The notes: generated by a model not told the origin, from the sequence alone. A DNA stretch of 64,000 nt from Thermoplasmata archaeon (GCA_021792255.1 JAJYUZ010000004.1:64001-128000); one strand, 5' to 3'; positions 39,863 through 49,371 are shown, counted from the stretch's first letter. Numbers and translations: made by a program.

Positions 39863-40285
39863 ATGATGTTATACCGGTTCCTAATGGTAGCGAGAAGAAT
39901 GGATTTTAAAGTTGGGCAGAAATCTACCTACAGCAGGACATTTACCGAAGAGGATGTGAAACTATTCGGAGAGCTTTCCGGAGACAAGGGGATACACCAC
40001 ATGAAACCGGATAGATTGGGAAGAATAATGGTACAGGGTCTCTTGACGGCCACAATCCCCACGAAAATGGGCGGTGACATGAACTACATCGCAAGGGATA
40101 TGTTGGTGCATTTCGTCAAACCCGTGTATGTGGGCGATAAGGTGAAATGCGATGCGGAGCTCGTGAAGGTCGAAGAAGATACCGGATTCTTGAGATTGAA
40201 GATCACGATGAATTGCTTCAATGATACGGGTGTTGAAGTTCTGACAGGAGAGACCAACGGCGTAATAAAGAAGGCAATGATTTAA
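39863..40285 (+). CDS. MaoC/hotdog-fold protein
   Basis: RTFTEEDV..F..LSGD, VQGLL, F.KPVYVGD. Confidence 0.85.
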   Translation: MMLYRFLMVARRMDFKVGQKSTYSRTFTEEDVKLFGELSGDKGIHHMKPDRLGRIMVQGLLTATIPTKMGGDMNYIARDMLVHFVKPVYVGDKVKCDAELVKVEEDTGFLRLKITMNCFNDTGVEVLTGETNGVIKKAMI

Positions 40286-40307
40286 TCCAGTCATAGCTTC
40301 AGATACC

Positions 40308-42314
40308 ATGGACACTGAGGAGATCAGGAAGAGAATCGACAGAATTGGTGAAGACGAGAAACCCGAGAGCCTGAAATTCTCCGTCAAGTATATGGACTCA
40401 TCCGTTGATCCCAACTCTAATTTTTACAAGTTCTGCAATGGAAAGTGGATCGATACGCATCCCATACCTGACGACAAGATTCAGTGGAGTGCTTTTATGG
40501 AACTCTCTGAAAGAAATAGATATGTACTGGGAAAGATCGTTGAAGATTGCGCATTCTACGATAATCCAGATGATCCAATTAAGGCTCAGGTTGGAGCATT
40601 TTATCTCTCTGCCATGGACACGCTGACAATCGAACGACTGAAGTTTGAACCAATCAGAGAATTCGTCGAGCTCATTGAAAAGATAAAGGATAGTGGAGAG
40701 ATAATTCTAACGATATCCAAACTACATGGAAAGGGAATTTCCGCAATGTTCTCCTATTCCTCAGATTCTGACGAAAAGGACAGCTCCACATATGCCTACT
40801 ACCTGAAACAGGGTGGTCTGTCTTTGCCCAACAGGGATTACTATTTTCTCGAACCGTTCGAAGATATCAGGAAAGATTTCAAAAGGCACGTAGCTAACAT
40901 CTTCGTCCTTTATGGCTATTCGGAGGAAGATGCGAAAAAGTCCTCAGACATTGTCTTTGACACTGAAGTGGCACTGGCGAAAGCTAGCAGGACTCCTGTA
41001 GAACTCAGGGATCCGGAGAAGAACTATAATAGATTTGAGTTACGTGAACTGGAGCAAAGTTTTCCAAACGTTAATATCAAGAGATACCTATCAGAGGTAC
41101 AACTGCCGCCAGTGAAGCATGTGGTGGTAAGACAACCTGAGTTTTTCGAAAACCTTGAGAAAATGCTTGACCAAATACCGCTTTCATCGTGGAAGGTGTA
41201 TCTCATCTGGAAGATTCTGAATTTCGCATCGCCCTATCTTCACGAGGAAGTGGCAAACGAGCACTTTTACTTCTTTGAAAGAAAACTCTTCGGTCGCAAG
41301 AAGCAAGAAAAAAGATGGAAACGAGTTGTGAATTTGATCGATGGTGAAATCGGTGAGGCACTCGGGAAGTTGTACGTCGATCAGGAGTTCGGAGAGGAAT
41401 CCAAGAGAAGGATGGAAGTGTTAATCAACGACCTCAAGAACGTTTTTGCAGATAAGCTGGACAAGTCGGATTGGATGTCAGATAAAACCAAAAAAATGGC
41501 ACTGGAGAAGTTTAGCAAGTTCCGTTCAAAGATCGGATACCCTACCAAGTTCATAGACTACTCTTCAATCAGGATTTCGCCAGACGATCTCTTTGGAAAC
41601 ATTTTGAGATCGGAAGAATTTGAGTTTGAAAGGGAAATAAGGCGGATCAATTCACCGGTAGACAAGGAACTATGGCAGATGACGCCTCCAACAGTCAACG
41701 CATATTTTTCACCGACAGAGAACGAGATCGTGTTCCCGGCCGGGATACTCCAGCCACCATTCTTTGACCCGAACATGGATGACGCAGTAAACTATGGTGC
41801 CACCGGAGGGGTAATAGCACACGAGATCACTCACGGATTCGACGACGAGGGAAGAAAATACGATCTCAACGGAAACCTAAATGACTGGTGGTCACCTGAA
41901 GACATCAAAGAATTCAGTGAGAGGGCAAAATCAGTAGCGAACCTCTACGGATCGCTTGAGGCACTCCCAGGGTTGCACGTCAACGGCGAGTTGACGCTCG
42001 GAGAAAACATCGCGGATCTCGGTGGAGTCAGCATAGCATTCGAAGCGCTGGAAAAAAGGCTCAATAGAGACCCGTCTCTCAGAAAAAACATAGATGGCTT
42101 AACTCCAGAGCAAAGATTTTACATCGCGTGGTCACAGAGCTGGAGGGCTAACGTGAGAGAAGAAGCAATAAAGTGGCAGGTATCTAACGATCCGCATTCT
42201 CCTGATAATCTCAGAGGAGAGGTACCGGCAAGAGTTCACTACGCTTTTGCCAGTCATTTCAAAGGTCCAGATGGAACCAAGAAGAAACAGGACACCATAA
42301 TTTCAATCTGGTGA
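40308..42314 (+). CDS. M13 (neprilysin/PepO) metallopeptidase
   Basis: VNAYF, FPAGILQPPFF, HEITH zinc motif, GENIAD, DPHSP. Confidence 0.95.
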   Translation: MDTEEIRKRIDRIGEDEKPESLKFSVKYMDSSVDPNSNFYKFCNGKWIDTHPIPDDKIQWSAFMELSERNRYVLGKIVEDCAFYDNPDDPIKAQVGAFYLSAMDTLTIERLKFEPIREFVELIEKIKDSGEIILTISKLHGKGISAMFSYSSDSDEKDSSTYAYYLKQGGLSLPNRDYYFLEPFEDIRKDFKRHVANIFVLYGYSEEDAKKSSDIVFDTEVALAKASRTPVELRDPEKNYNRFELRELEQSFPNVNIKRYLSEVQLPPVKHVVVRQPEFFENLEKMLDQIPLSSWKVYLIWKILNFASPYLHEEVANEHFYFFERKLFGRKKQEKRWKRVVNLIDGEIGEALGKLYVDQEFGEESKRRMEVLINDLKNVFADKLDKSDWMSDKTKKMALEKFSKFRSKIGYPTKFIDYSSIRISPDDLFGNILRSEEFEFEREIRRINSPVDKELWQMTPPTVNAYFSPTENEIVFPAGILQPPFFDPNMDDAVNYGATGGVIAHEITHGFDDEGRKYDLNGNLNDWWSPEDIKEFSERAKSVANLYGSLEALPGLHVNGELTLGENIADLGGVSIAFEALEKRLNRDPSLRKNIDGLTPEQRFYIAWSQSWRANVREEAIKWQVSNDPHSPDNLRGEVPARVHYAFASHFKGPDGTKKKQDTIISIW

Positions 42315-42765
42315 TCCGAATATGAGAGGAAATTCTTGAGTGCTTGGGAATGCGAGCGGAGAGTTTGTGAAGGAAGCAACCAGGAAACTTCTGGACTCTG
42401 TCTGTTGATTCTGATTTAGGATATGAGGCAAGGGCATTCCTTATTTGGATATAGGACAAGAAGTAAATTCTATCCGTTATTACATCGGAATCAACTCTGC
42501 TGGTAAAGCTTGTCTCTCACTGCAGCAATTGTATCTGGTATCACCTTGTTGAAATAGATGTCGTATTCATACGCCATGATTATTGGGCCAACAAGCCACT
42601 TCAGACTGTGATGTCTTTCTTTTGAAGTAAGATCATCAGGTCTCATCTCACATAATGATTCGGAGTTCTAGTGAGGAAACAGAACTTCTCTCGTTTGTCC
42701 TGTCTTTCTTTAACAATACTTTGAATGTTTTACGGCCATGAATCGTGGAAAATCTACTTATAAAG

Positions 42766-42780
42766 ATTGTATATATTTAT
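42766..42780 (+). promoter_or_regulatory. Probable TATA box for the leader/beta-helix gene transcript
   Basis: tgtatatatttat preceded by purine-rich aaaga; about 130 nt upstream of the CDS. Confidence 0.5.
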
Positions 42781-42849
42781 CAGTAGGCTTTTGTGCTTGG
42801 AAATCAGGTGCCGAATTGAGCCCAGGATCTGAGACGGGCTTACGTCGTA

Positions 42850-42908
42850 CCCGCCCGATGAGGTGTGCTGGTTACATTCCGAAATCCCTAGGGATAGCGG
42901 GAAACCGC
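42850..42908 (+). ncRNA. Candidate type I hammerhead ribozyme (U4C core variant)
   Basis: Stem I CCCGC/GCGGG; core CCGAUGA; stem II GG-UGU/ACA-CC; GAAA; stem III AUCC-CUAG-GGAU; cleavage triplet AUA; loop II complementary to the 3' flank. Confidence 0.7.
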
Positions 42909-42909
42909 A

Positions 42910-43944
42910 GTGAATGCTATGGGAATGATGAATACCAGCAAAGTCATGATGATTGCAGTCGTGCTTGTCACCACCTCTTTTGTAATATTATCCGTGCCGG
43001 TCTATGCGCAGGGGGGCACGAATGGGGGGAACTCAGATGCATATGTATGCGCCCATTATTTTTCCCCAGCTCAGGTGTACGACCTGAGCACGTCTACCTG
43101 CACAATTTCTGGTCCAGTAGTGCTTTCTATCGATTCGCCAAGGACCGTTAATTTTCACACAAACATTGTTGTGACCAACGGGGGATCTCTTACAATTCCA
43201 CAAGGTGACTCCTTTTCAATATTAGGGAGCTTCACGATCGGCGGCAATGGACAGCTTCTCTCTGGGGGCAAGTTCGATAACATTGGCTCCACTACAGTGC
43301 AATCAAGCGTGCAGGAAAGCACTGGATATGCTGTTAATTCCATTTTGAACGGAGATGGAGGAGTATTCATTAATCACGGTACTTTGTCTTTAAGTAATTC
43401 ACACGACACTTTCGGTTTTGAGAATTACGGCAGATTTGTAAATCACGGTACAGTTACTATCGACAACACAGACACCCTTGCCTCCACCTATGGTCTAAGT
43501 TTTGGTTTCGTCAATTATGCTGGAACCTTCACGAACTACGGAACGATAACAATCTCAAACACAGGGTTTACCGTTGGCCTGGTGAACGGGCACAAAGCTC
43601 TCCTTAATAACTACGGCACAATCGATATAAGCTCTGGTCTTAATAGCCATGCTGGTCTCTGGAACCAAAACGTCTTCAACAATTATGGGACTGTAACTAT
43701 TACAGGCTGCGGAGGCTATGAGATCTATGAGAATGGGCCTGCTGGTGTAACCATAAACAACTACGGCACAATCATAATAAGCAATAAGGCGAGTTCATCG
43801 CAGATTGACACCGGCATCTATATCCATGCGGGAGATTTCTATAACTACGGATCAATCTACATCTGGGATGCTACCGCTGAAGCTTACGCAGGAACCATTA
43901 CAGAAGTAAACGGAGGCAGTATATCCTATTCTTCTCCACCATAA
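42910..43944 (+). CDS. Secreted beta-helix/adhesin-like protein
   Basis: Signal peptide; many (F/L/I)xN(Y/H)GT(I/V) repeats; rich in G, N, T, S. Confidence 0.7.
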   Translation: MNAMGMMNTSKVMMIAVVLVTTSFVILSVPVYAQGGTNGGNSDAYVCAHYFSPAQVYDLSTSTCTISGPVVLSIDSPRTVNFHTNIVVTNGGSLTIPQGDSFSILGSFTIGGNGQLLSGGKFDNIGSTTVQSSVQESTGYAVNSILNGDGGVFINHGTLSLSNSHDTFGFENYGRFVNHGTVTIDNTDTLASTYGLSFGFVNYAGTFTNYGTITISNTGFTVGLVNGHKALLNNYGTIDISSGLNSHAGLWNQNVFNNYGTVTITGCGGYEIYENGPAGVTINNYGTIIISNKASSSQIDTGIYIHAGDFYNYGSIYIWDATAEAYAGTITEVNGGSISYSSPP

Positions 43945-43975
43945 GTGGAAAAGAAACGCTGTTACCTAATTTGCG

Positions 43976-43991
43976 ATGCGAGCGCCGGGAT
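43976..43991. repeat. att site copy (16-bp direct repeat ATGCGAGCGCCGGGAT of the tRNA-Gly 3' end)
   Basis: Identical to 46138-46153. Confidence 0.9.
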
Positions 43992-44027
43992 ATACGCCTT
44001 TTTGTGTAAATCCCAGGAGGCTCTTGC

Positions 44028-44174
44028 ATGAAGGAAAAATTGCCCTATGCAAGGGTCGCAAGGGAATTAGGGATATCCAAGGATGCAGCTAAGAGACTTT
44101 ACCAGGCTAACAAAGGGGAGTTCCCGTTCGACGAACCCCTAAATTCCGTTGAACTTTTGGGGGTGTGTGAGTGA
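44028..44174 (+). CDS. Small HTH protein (48 aa), excisionase/regulator-like; absent from the ORF track
   Basis: GGAGG RBS; MKEKLPYARVARELGISKDAAKRLYQANKGEFPFDEPLNSVELLGVCE. Confidence 0.7.
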   Translation: MKEKLPYARVARELGISKDAAKRLYQANKGEFPFDEPLNSVELLGVCE

Positions 44175-44223
44175 TGGGCGGATTCAATGAAGAAATTAAT
44201 ACCTGTATCGAAATCTCATCAAT

Positions 44224-44460
44224 GTGGACCAACAGACTAAGAGCAAACCCTCGAGATGGAACTTCCTTACAGTAATCATTTTCGAGCTTGTGTCAGTGGA
44301 CCTCACTATTTATGAAATTTTCGAGAACTTGAAGATATACCCTTCAAATGAGTTCAACGCAACAATTGTAATGATTCTCTCAGTGGTCGTCTTCTTCTTT
44401 CTCTGGTTGATAGGCAGGGAGGCGTTCGAGGTGTTGCTCAAGTTGAGAGAGCAAACGTAG
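44224..44460 (+). CDS. Small two-TM hypothetical protein
   Basis: Two hydrophobic segments; inside the element. Confidence 0.5.
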   Translation: MDQQTKSKPSRWNFLTVIIFELVSVDLTIYEIFENLKIYPSNEFNATIVMILSVVVFFFLWLIGREAFEVLLKLREQT

Positions 44461-44723
44461 TTCATCGAGCTAATTTCGTTTCCATCCCAAGAATCTCTTC
44501 TGAAGATATCTCAACAATCAGAAAAATTGTGACTAAATTTAGGACTTGGTTCTGAAGTTAGAAAAATTCAGGCTTTTCGATATTTCGTATGATCTCTTCT
44601 GTAAGGCCCTCGATCGAGAGATCTCCTGCAGCTGCCCAAAATATCGAGAAAATAGGGCAAAAGAGGTCATTCTGGGGACACTATGACAGGAATATTGGTC
44701 TCTCAGCTCTTCCATCAACTAGT

Positions 44724-44752
44724 ATTCCGAAAACTGATACGTTATTCGGAAT
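44724..44752. repeat. Inverted repeat/hairpin ATTCCGAA-AAC...GTT-A-TTCGGAAT
   Basis: 8-bp perfect inverted repeat plus 3 inner pairs, between convergent ORFs. Confidence 0.5.
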
Positions 44753-44798
44753 CCTCTAGAGAATTTTGAGAGAAATATGTTCAGTTCATTTTTGTATT

Positions 44799-45161
44799 CT
44801 ATTTCATGACGCCTTTGAGTCTTACTGAGTAGATTATCGCAACAATTGCAGATGCTGCTATCAGCGTTATCCAAAGAGCAAGAAGGAAATGTTCCGCACC
44901 GGTGAACCAGTTAGACCAGAATGGCGGGTCGCTTACCACACCGTTCTTGAATTGATTGTAGATAATCCACCAATAGCTGTAGAAGAATCTTTTTACCACA
45001 AGACTTATCCCTGGTGAATATTCGAACACAGTTATTGGGGAAAAGAATCTGAAGAAATATACTCCGAAGGACAAACCAGAAATGTAGAAAATGATAACCG
45101 CTTCAAGTACTACGAAGATCGAGGTCATCTTCACTATTTTACTCTTTCTTTTGTCCATCAT
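44799..45161 (-). CDS. Hypothetical membrane protein
   Basis: N- and C-terminal TM segments; AT-rich TATA-like tract upstream. Confidence 0.6.
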   Translation of the reverse strand: MMDKRKSKIVKMTSIFVVLEAVIIFYISGLSFGVYFFRFFSPITVFEYSPGISLVVKRFFYSYWWIIYNQFKNGVVSDPPFWSNWFTGAEHFLLALWITLIAASAIVAIIYSVRLKGVMK

Positions 45162-45239
45162 TTATTAATCAAGAATGTATATTAATACCTTCTAATAGAC
45201 CTGAATGTGTGAGAGGTTCGTAGACGCGGAGTCATAAGC

Positions 45240-46157
45240 ATGCAGGAGTTCCGGATATGGGCAGTTGGCTCTGGAAGATTTGCATTTTCTACAGTAGAGA
45301 GACAGGTCCGGAAGCTGCGTTTCATGTCAAGGCACTTCGACTTACTGGACCCATCCATGACAGACCTCTACAAATACATCAACGAAGAGTTGAGGAGGGG
45401 CAAGAAAAGAAAATCCCTCAACAACGAGATGAAGGACCTGAAGGCCTGGTGCGAGTTCAACAAGATCGTTATGGATTTCCCCAAGTTCAAGAGGGAACCG
45501 TCGCCGGAGCCGTGGATCCCTACCGACGACGATATCGACAGAGTCCTTGCCTATTGCGACAGGATGAAGGTGAGGTCGATAGGCATCAGGAACAAGGCCT
45601 TCTTCTCCGTCCTGATCTACGGAGGTCTGAGGATCGGCGAGATGCAGAAGCTCAACGTCGAGGATATCAGGGACATCGGCCTCTACGTGAGGAGCGAGAA
45701 ACTTGAGAAGGACAGGACCATAGGCCTTCCTGACGATGTCATTTCGCTATTGAAACTGTATATCAGGGACCACAGGACCGATAGTGACCCCAAGGTCCTG
45801 TTCACCACTCCGAAGGGAAGGATGACTTATCAATATATGAGAAACGTCGTTTACAAGGCCGGACACTCCCTCGGTATCCCGCAACTGCACCCTCATTCGT
45901 TCAGGCATTATTGCGCAACTTCTCTCTTGCGGGGCTATAGGGGCCTTCCTGGAATAGATGTAAGAGAGGTGCAAATCCACTTGGGGCATGCCCGCTTGGA
46001 GACGACTGCTATATATACCCACATATCACAGGCGAGCGTGGCAGGAAAGGTGAACGGCGTATACAACGCCAGGTTTCGGAAAGAGGTCGATGAAATCATG
46101 ACAGGGTCAAAAAGAATCGAATCCGACCATGCACTTCATGCGAGCGCCGGGATTTGA
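45240..46157 (+). CDS. Tyrosine recombinase/integrase
   Basis: Catalytic set R (GLRIGE), K, HSFRH, LGH, Y (TAIYTH) intact; stop codon lies in the antisense tRNA. Confidence 0.95.
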   Translation: MQEFRIWAVGSGRFAFSTVERQVRKLRFMSRHFDLLDPSMTDLYKYINEELRRGKKRKSLNNEMKDLKAWCEFNKIVMDFPKFKREPSPEPWIPTDDDIDRVLAYCDRMKVRSIGIRNKAFFSVLIYGGLRIGEMQKLNVEDIRDIGLYVRSEKLEKDRTIGLPDDVISLLKLYIRDHRTDSDPKVLFTTPKGRMTYQYMRNVVYKAGHSLGIPQLHPHSFRHYCATSLLRGYRGLPGIDVREVQIHLGHARLETTAIYTHISQASVAGKVNGVYNARFRKEVDEIMTGSKRIESDHALHASAGI

Positions 46158-46211
46158 ACCCGAGGCATGAGCTTGGCAAGCTCACGTGTTACCAGGCTAC
46201 ACCACGCTCGC
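46139..46211 (-). tRNA. tRNA-Gly (GCC)
   Basis: GCGAGCG...CGCTCGC-A; anticodon arm TGAGC-TTGCCAA-GCTCA. Confidence 0.96.
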
Positions 46212-46340
46212 TAAGCACCCTATGACTACCATGATAAAAAACTAACCTATCTACACGAAATAATGGCTGTGCGGTTAGCTGTCAACATAGAACTCCTCAA
46301 ACTAAACACATTCTTTATACCGACCGCAGGATACAGTTCC

Positions 46341-46415
46341 GGGCCCGTGGGGTAGTTTGGATCATCCTTTTGGCCTTCGGAGCCGACGACCCGGGTTCAA
46401 ATCCCGGCGGGCCCG
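46341..46415 (+). tRNA. tRNA-Arg (TCG)
   Basis: GGGCCCG...CGGGCCC-G; anticodon arm TTGGC-CTTCGGA-GCCGA; TTTATA box about 25 nt upstream. Confidence 0.96.
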
Positions 46416-47085
46416 TCCATTATTGGAGAGATATAGAACATCACTTTTTGCCCTTTCAAAAATCCCCTTACTTTTATCACATCCTTTTAAAACAAGGCAA
46501 TTTCACGTTCCGTAGAATACTATTTCACTTCTTCAAAGTTCAGTCGCTATATTTTGAGACTGGCTCGTTGAGAACCTTAACCGCCTGCCTTTTCGAATTC
46601 AAGGTGTGTTTCCATTCATATGGTTAATCGGGCTCCGTCCAGGATTCTTTTGCAACAAACTACATCTATTTCTTTTCTGGCTGTTACGAATGAGGGTGCT
46701 TCCAGAGGACTTCGCCGCTCTCTCTGACGCAGCATTGCACTGTCTCTTCATAGCCCTGTCCCCTGGTCGGGAAGATGCCAATCTTGAAACACCAGATCCC
46801 ATCCTCGTTCCTCGATTCGTAGACCTCTACACTTTCGATTCCGAAGAGAGATCTCATTTTGTTTCTCATAACCGACTCAGACCATTTTGAACTAGATGGT
46901 ATCTCTTCCATTTTCCTTGTTTTAATGTAATTTGATTCTTAACATTTTCTCAAGACTGAATGTACTACCTGCAAAGCACTGAAGCATATCACTGGATTGC
47001 CCCTTTCGAGTCTACGGTGCGGCAATAACTAGGGTATATTTCTAAGTCTACGTATGCACATGACCACAGAGAATGCTCTGTCCCT

Positions 47086-47703
47086 TCATGAACGAAGGAA
47101 TCCATCCAGTTCATTGAAGAATTCTTCTCTGTTGTCCAGGTAGAGTGCATGACCAGCCTTCCTCACAGGACGGAGCGTTGATCTCTTTATGGATCTGTTG
47201 TACCTCAGGAACGATTCCAAAGGAATGACGTTATCGTTTTCTCCGTACATTATCAATACTGGTTTCCTTATAAGGGACGTTTCCTGCGACAGGTCTTCGC
47301 TCCACACCGGTCCGACGAGTACGAGTTTGTTCACGGATTCCGGATGCCTTGATGCGTAGGAGACGGCGAACGGTCCCGAGAACGATGCACCCAGGAGTGA
47401 GAACTTCTTGAGCCCTGTACTCCTTGAGAACTCTTCTATGAATGTGGCTGCGTTGGAATACTTCCTGGTTGGAGGATAGAATTCACCGTTCTCATCGCTC
47501 TCACCCCAGCCGGGATAGTCTACTGCGACGTAATCGAGACCCATCTCATTTATCCTACCTGGTGCACCTATAGACGACCAAGTTTCAGCTTTGAATGACT
47601 TTCCGTGCAGAAGCAGCAGAGCGTCCCTTGATCCCGCAATCCTGCTCTCTACGTAATGGACTCTCTTTCCGTTCACAATCACGAATCTGCTTGCCGGTTC
47701 CAC
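47086..47703 (-). CDS. Alpha/beta hydrolase (ABHD14-like)
   Basis: LLHG, DYPGWG, GASFSG nucleophile elbow, GEND, AGH; GTG at 47703 after GGGAG preferred as start. Confidence 0.85.
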   Translation of the reverse strand: MEPASRFVIVNGKRVHYVESRIAGSRDALLLLHGKSFKAETWSSIGAPGRINEMGLDYVAVDYPGWGESDENGEFYPPTRKYSNAATFIEEFSRSTGLKKFSLLGASFSGPFAVSYASRHPESVNKLVLVGPVWSEDLSQETSLIRKPVLIMYGENDNVIPLESFLRYNRSIKRSTLRPVRKAGHALYLDNREEFFNELDGFLRS

Positions 47704-47918
47704 GATCTCCCATGGAGCATAGGTTATTACGCTTGCCGTCTGCGCGAGAAGAGGAAAGATATATTGCCAAGGTTCAAGAAGCAATGACCATTGCCACCTC
47801 CGGCAGATCTGGAGACGAGATCCTAACTTCGCCCATCTCGTCATTCCGGTGACAACCAGTTCAGGAGCCTTCCATGATACCCTGAAGGAATACCGATCCA
47901 CGTCTGCCTTAAGGATGC

Positions 47919-48225
47919 TTAGACTTCTTCCCTGAGGAACTCAGCAATCCTATAAGATAAGACCGCCCTGTTGACTCGGGTAACCTCCAGGCTCATGAAG
48001 TCGTCCCTCGTCTTCACCTGCTGGAGGATGGCGTTCCTTCCCTTCTTGTGGAGTGACAGAATCATCATCTTGTCCAGTTCGAGTACCTCCTTGACTGCTT
48101 CGATGAAAGACTTACTCTCCTACTCCATTCTGCCCACCTCGTCTATAATAACGACATCTGCGTTCTCCTTCAACCACTCCATCGCAGGTATTGCGATCTG
48201 GTCAAACGCCCTGAGGTCAGACGAA
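47919..48225 (-). pseudogene. C-terminal half of a THEP1-type NTPase with an in-frame TAG
   Basis: DLRAFDQIAIPAM..ADVVIIDEVGRME*ESKSFIEAVKEVL...LH; Walker A half missing. Confidence 0.75.
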
Positions 48226-48344
48226 TTCACTGAGACAGAAAAGAGAGGAGTTCCAGAAGAAGACCTTGTAAGAAAGTTTAGATGGAATTTTAAGAGAGGA
48301 GTTTGATCTGCTATGATGAGCTCCCCTGTCGATTTTAAGAAAGA

Positions 48345-48590
48345 TGGCTATAAAAGAGATTTGTCTGTGTACAACACCCCCTTGTCAGGAGGATACACAT
48401 CATATTCGACACATTTTTCCCGGGCTCCTGGAATGACGGTCTGGAAATGGAGAAAGTGGAGAAGGTAAGACACCCATTCGAGTGCCCTCAGGAATTCTTG
48501 GTCTTTCTCTCAAGAGTGAGATCGCTTTAGAACGTTCCTTTCAGGGAACTGGAAGGATACGTCAGGAAGATCTAACAGCTTACAGGCAAG
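48345..48590 (+). mobile_element. IS5-family transposase N-terminal remnant
   Basis: KRDLSVYNTPLVRR..FD...SW...KVRHPFECP.EF..FL...*NVPFRELEGYVRK with stops. Confidence 0.7.
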
Positions 48591-48592
48591 TA

Positions 48593-49009
48593 TCAACTAC
48601 CCTTCGCAACTCTAAGGGTGACTCCGTCGTCCATAACCTCTGTGACAGTTATGGCCTCGTTATCTGAGGTATCAGAATCGCACACGAAACTCCAGTCCTC
48701 GTTCATCACCGTGACGCTCCCGGGATTTCCTGAAGGGACTCCCTTTGTAATTCTCCCCTTCTGTCCAACAAGCGTTTCTGCGTGGAAATATTTCTTGTGA
48801 ATCCTTTCGACCCTGGTCAATCTGAATCCTACAAGAAGGATTAAAGTCAGCACATAGAAAACGATTGAGAGTGGTAATAGGAAGACGTTGCTTTCCCCCG
48901 ATGCCAGATACTCTATAAGCAGGAATGTCGAAAAAATCAAAAGTATGCCCAATATGATTAGGGTCCTATAACCGTACTTGATCAAGATGGAAGAAACTTC
49001 CTTTGGCAT
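48593..49009 (-). CDS. NfeD-like (OB-fold) membrane protein
   Basis: Two TMs, then LVGQKG..., G.V.V..EDWS, V....GVTLRV. Confidence 0.85.
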   Translation of the reverse strand: MPKEVSSILIKYGYRTLIILGILLIFSTFLLIEYLASGESNVFLLPLSIVFYVLTLILLVGFRLTRVERIHKKYFHAETLVGQKGRITKGVPSGNPGSVTVMNEDWSFVCDSDTSDNEAITVTEVMDDGVTLRVAKGS

Positions 49010-49053
49010 CTTTCATATCACTCCTTTTATTTGATTGACCCAGACTGTTAGGT

Positions 49054-49371
49054 TCATAGAGTTTCTGCGAGCAGCCTTGAAGTCTCTGTTAAGTCAGGAG
49101 GGAATGCGTCCTTTGCAGGCAGACTTGAGCTTATAGTCATCATCTTTTCTAGGTAGTGCAAGGCAATCCTCTTCTTATGGGTTTTCTCTAAAATACCGGG
49201 TGCAGTTATTGGATCTATTGCATACCCGGGAGCCCTTGGGATTGTTGATAGTGCATTCCATTTTGCTACCATTATGGTTGCCTGTTCCTTACCATCAACT
49301 ACCGGTACTATGCTCCTCCTCGATTTCTCCTCGCTCGCTTGCACAGTTATAGTCCCAGGCACATTATCCAA
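49054..49371 (-). pseudogene. Degenerate C-terminal part of an SPFH/stomatin protein
   Basis: Q..E..RR.I...DG..QA.I.VA and ALHYLE...S...K...P pattern; upstream of NfeD, the classical partner gene. Confidence 0.5.

Larger units (their letters stand above)
43976..46153. mobile_element. ~2.2 kb integrative element at tRNA-Gly(GCC)
   Basis: Bounded by 16-bp direct repeats, one inside the tRNA; carries a tyrosine integrase and an HTH gene. Confidence 0.85.

Noticed and set aside
42600-42650. CUGAUGA on the minus strand as a second hammerhead
   Set aside because: No G-C-closed stem II followed by a correctly placed GAAA, and no stems I or III
46370-46627. ORFs overlapping tRNA-Arg (and tRNA-Val at 57793-57981)
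   Set aside because: They overlap tRNA genes and lack protein-like features
47704-47901. N-terminal extension of the alpha/beta hydrolase in the ORF track
   Set aside because: Not hydrolase-like; GTG at 47703 with a GGGAG RBS fits better
48120-48122. Pyrrolysine/amber readthrough in the NTPase fragment
   Set aside because: The gene is also 5'-truncated, and TAG serves as a normal stop elsewhere in the window
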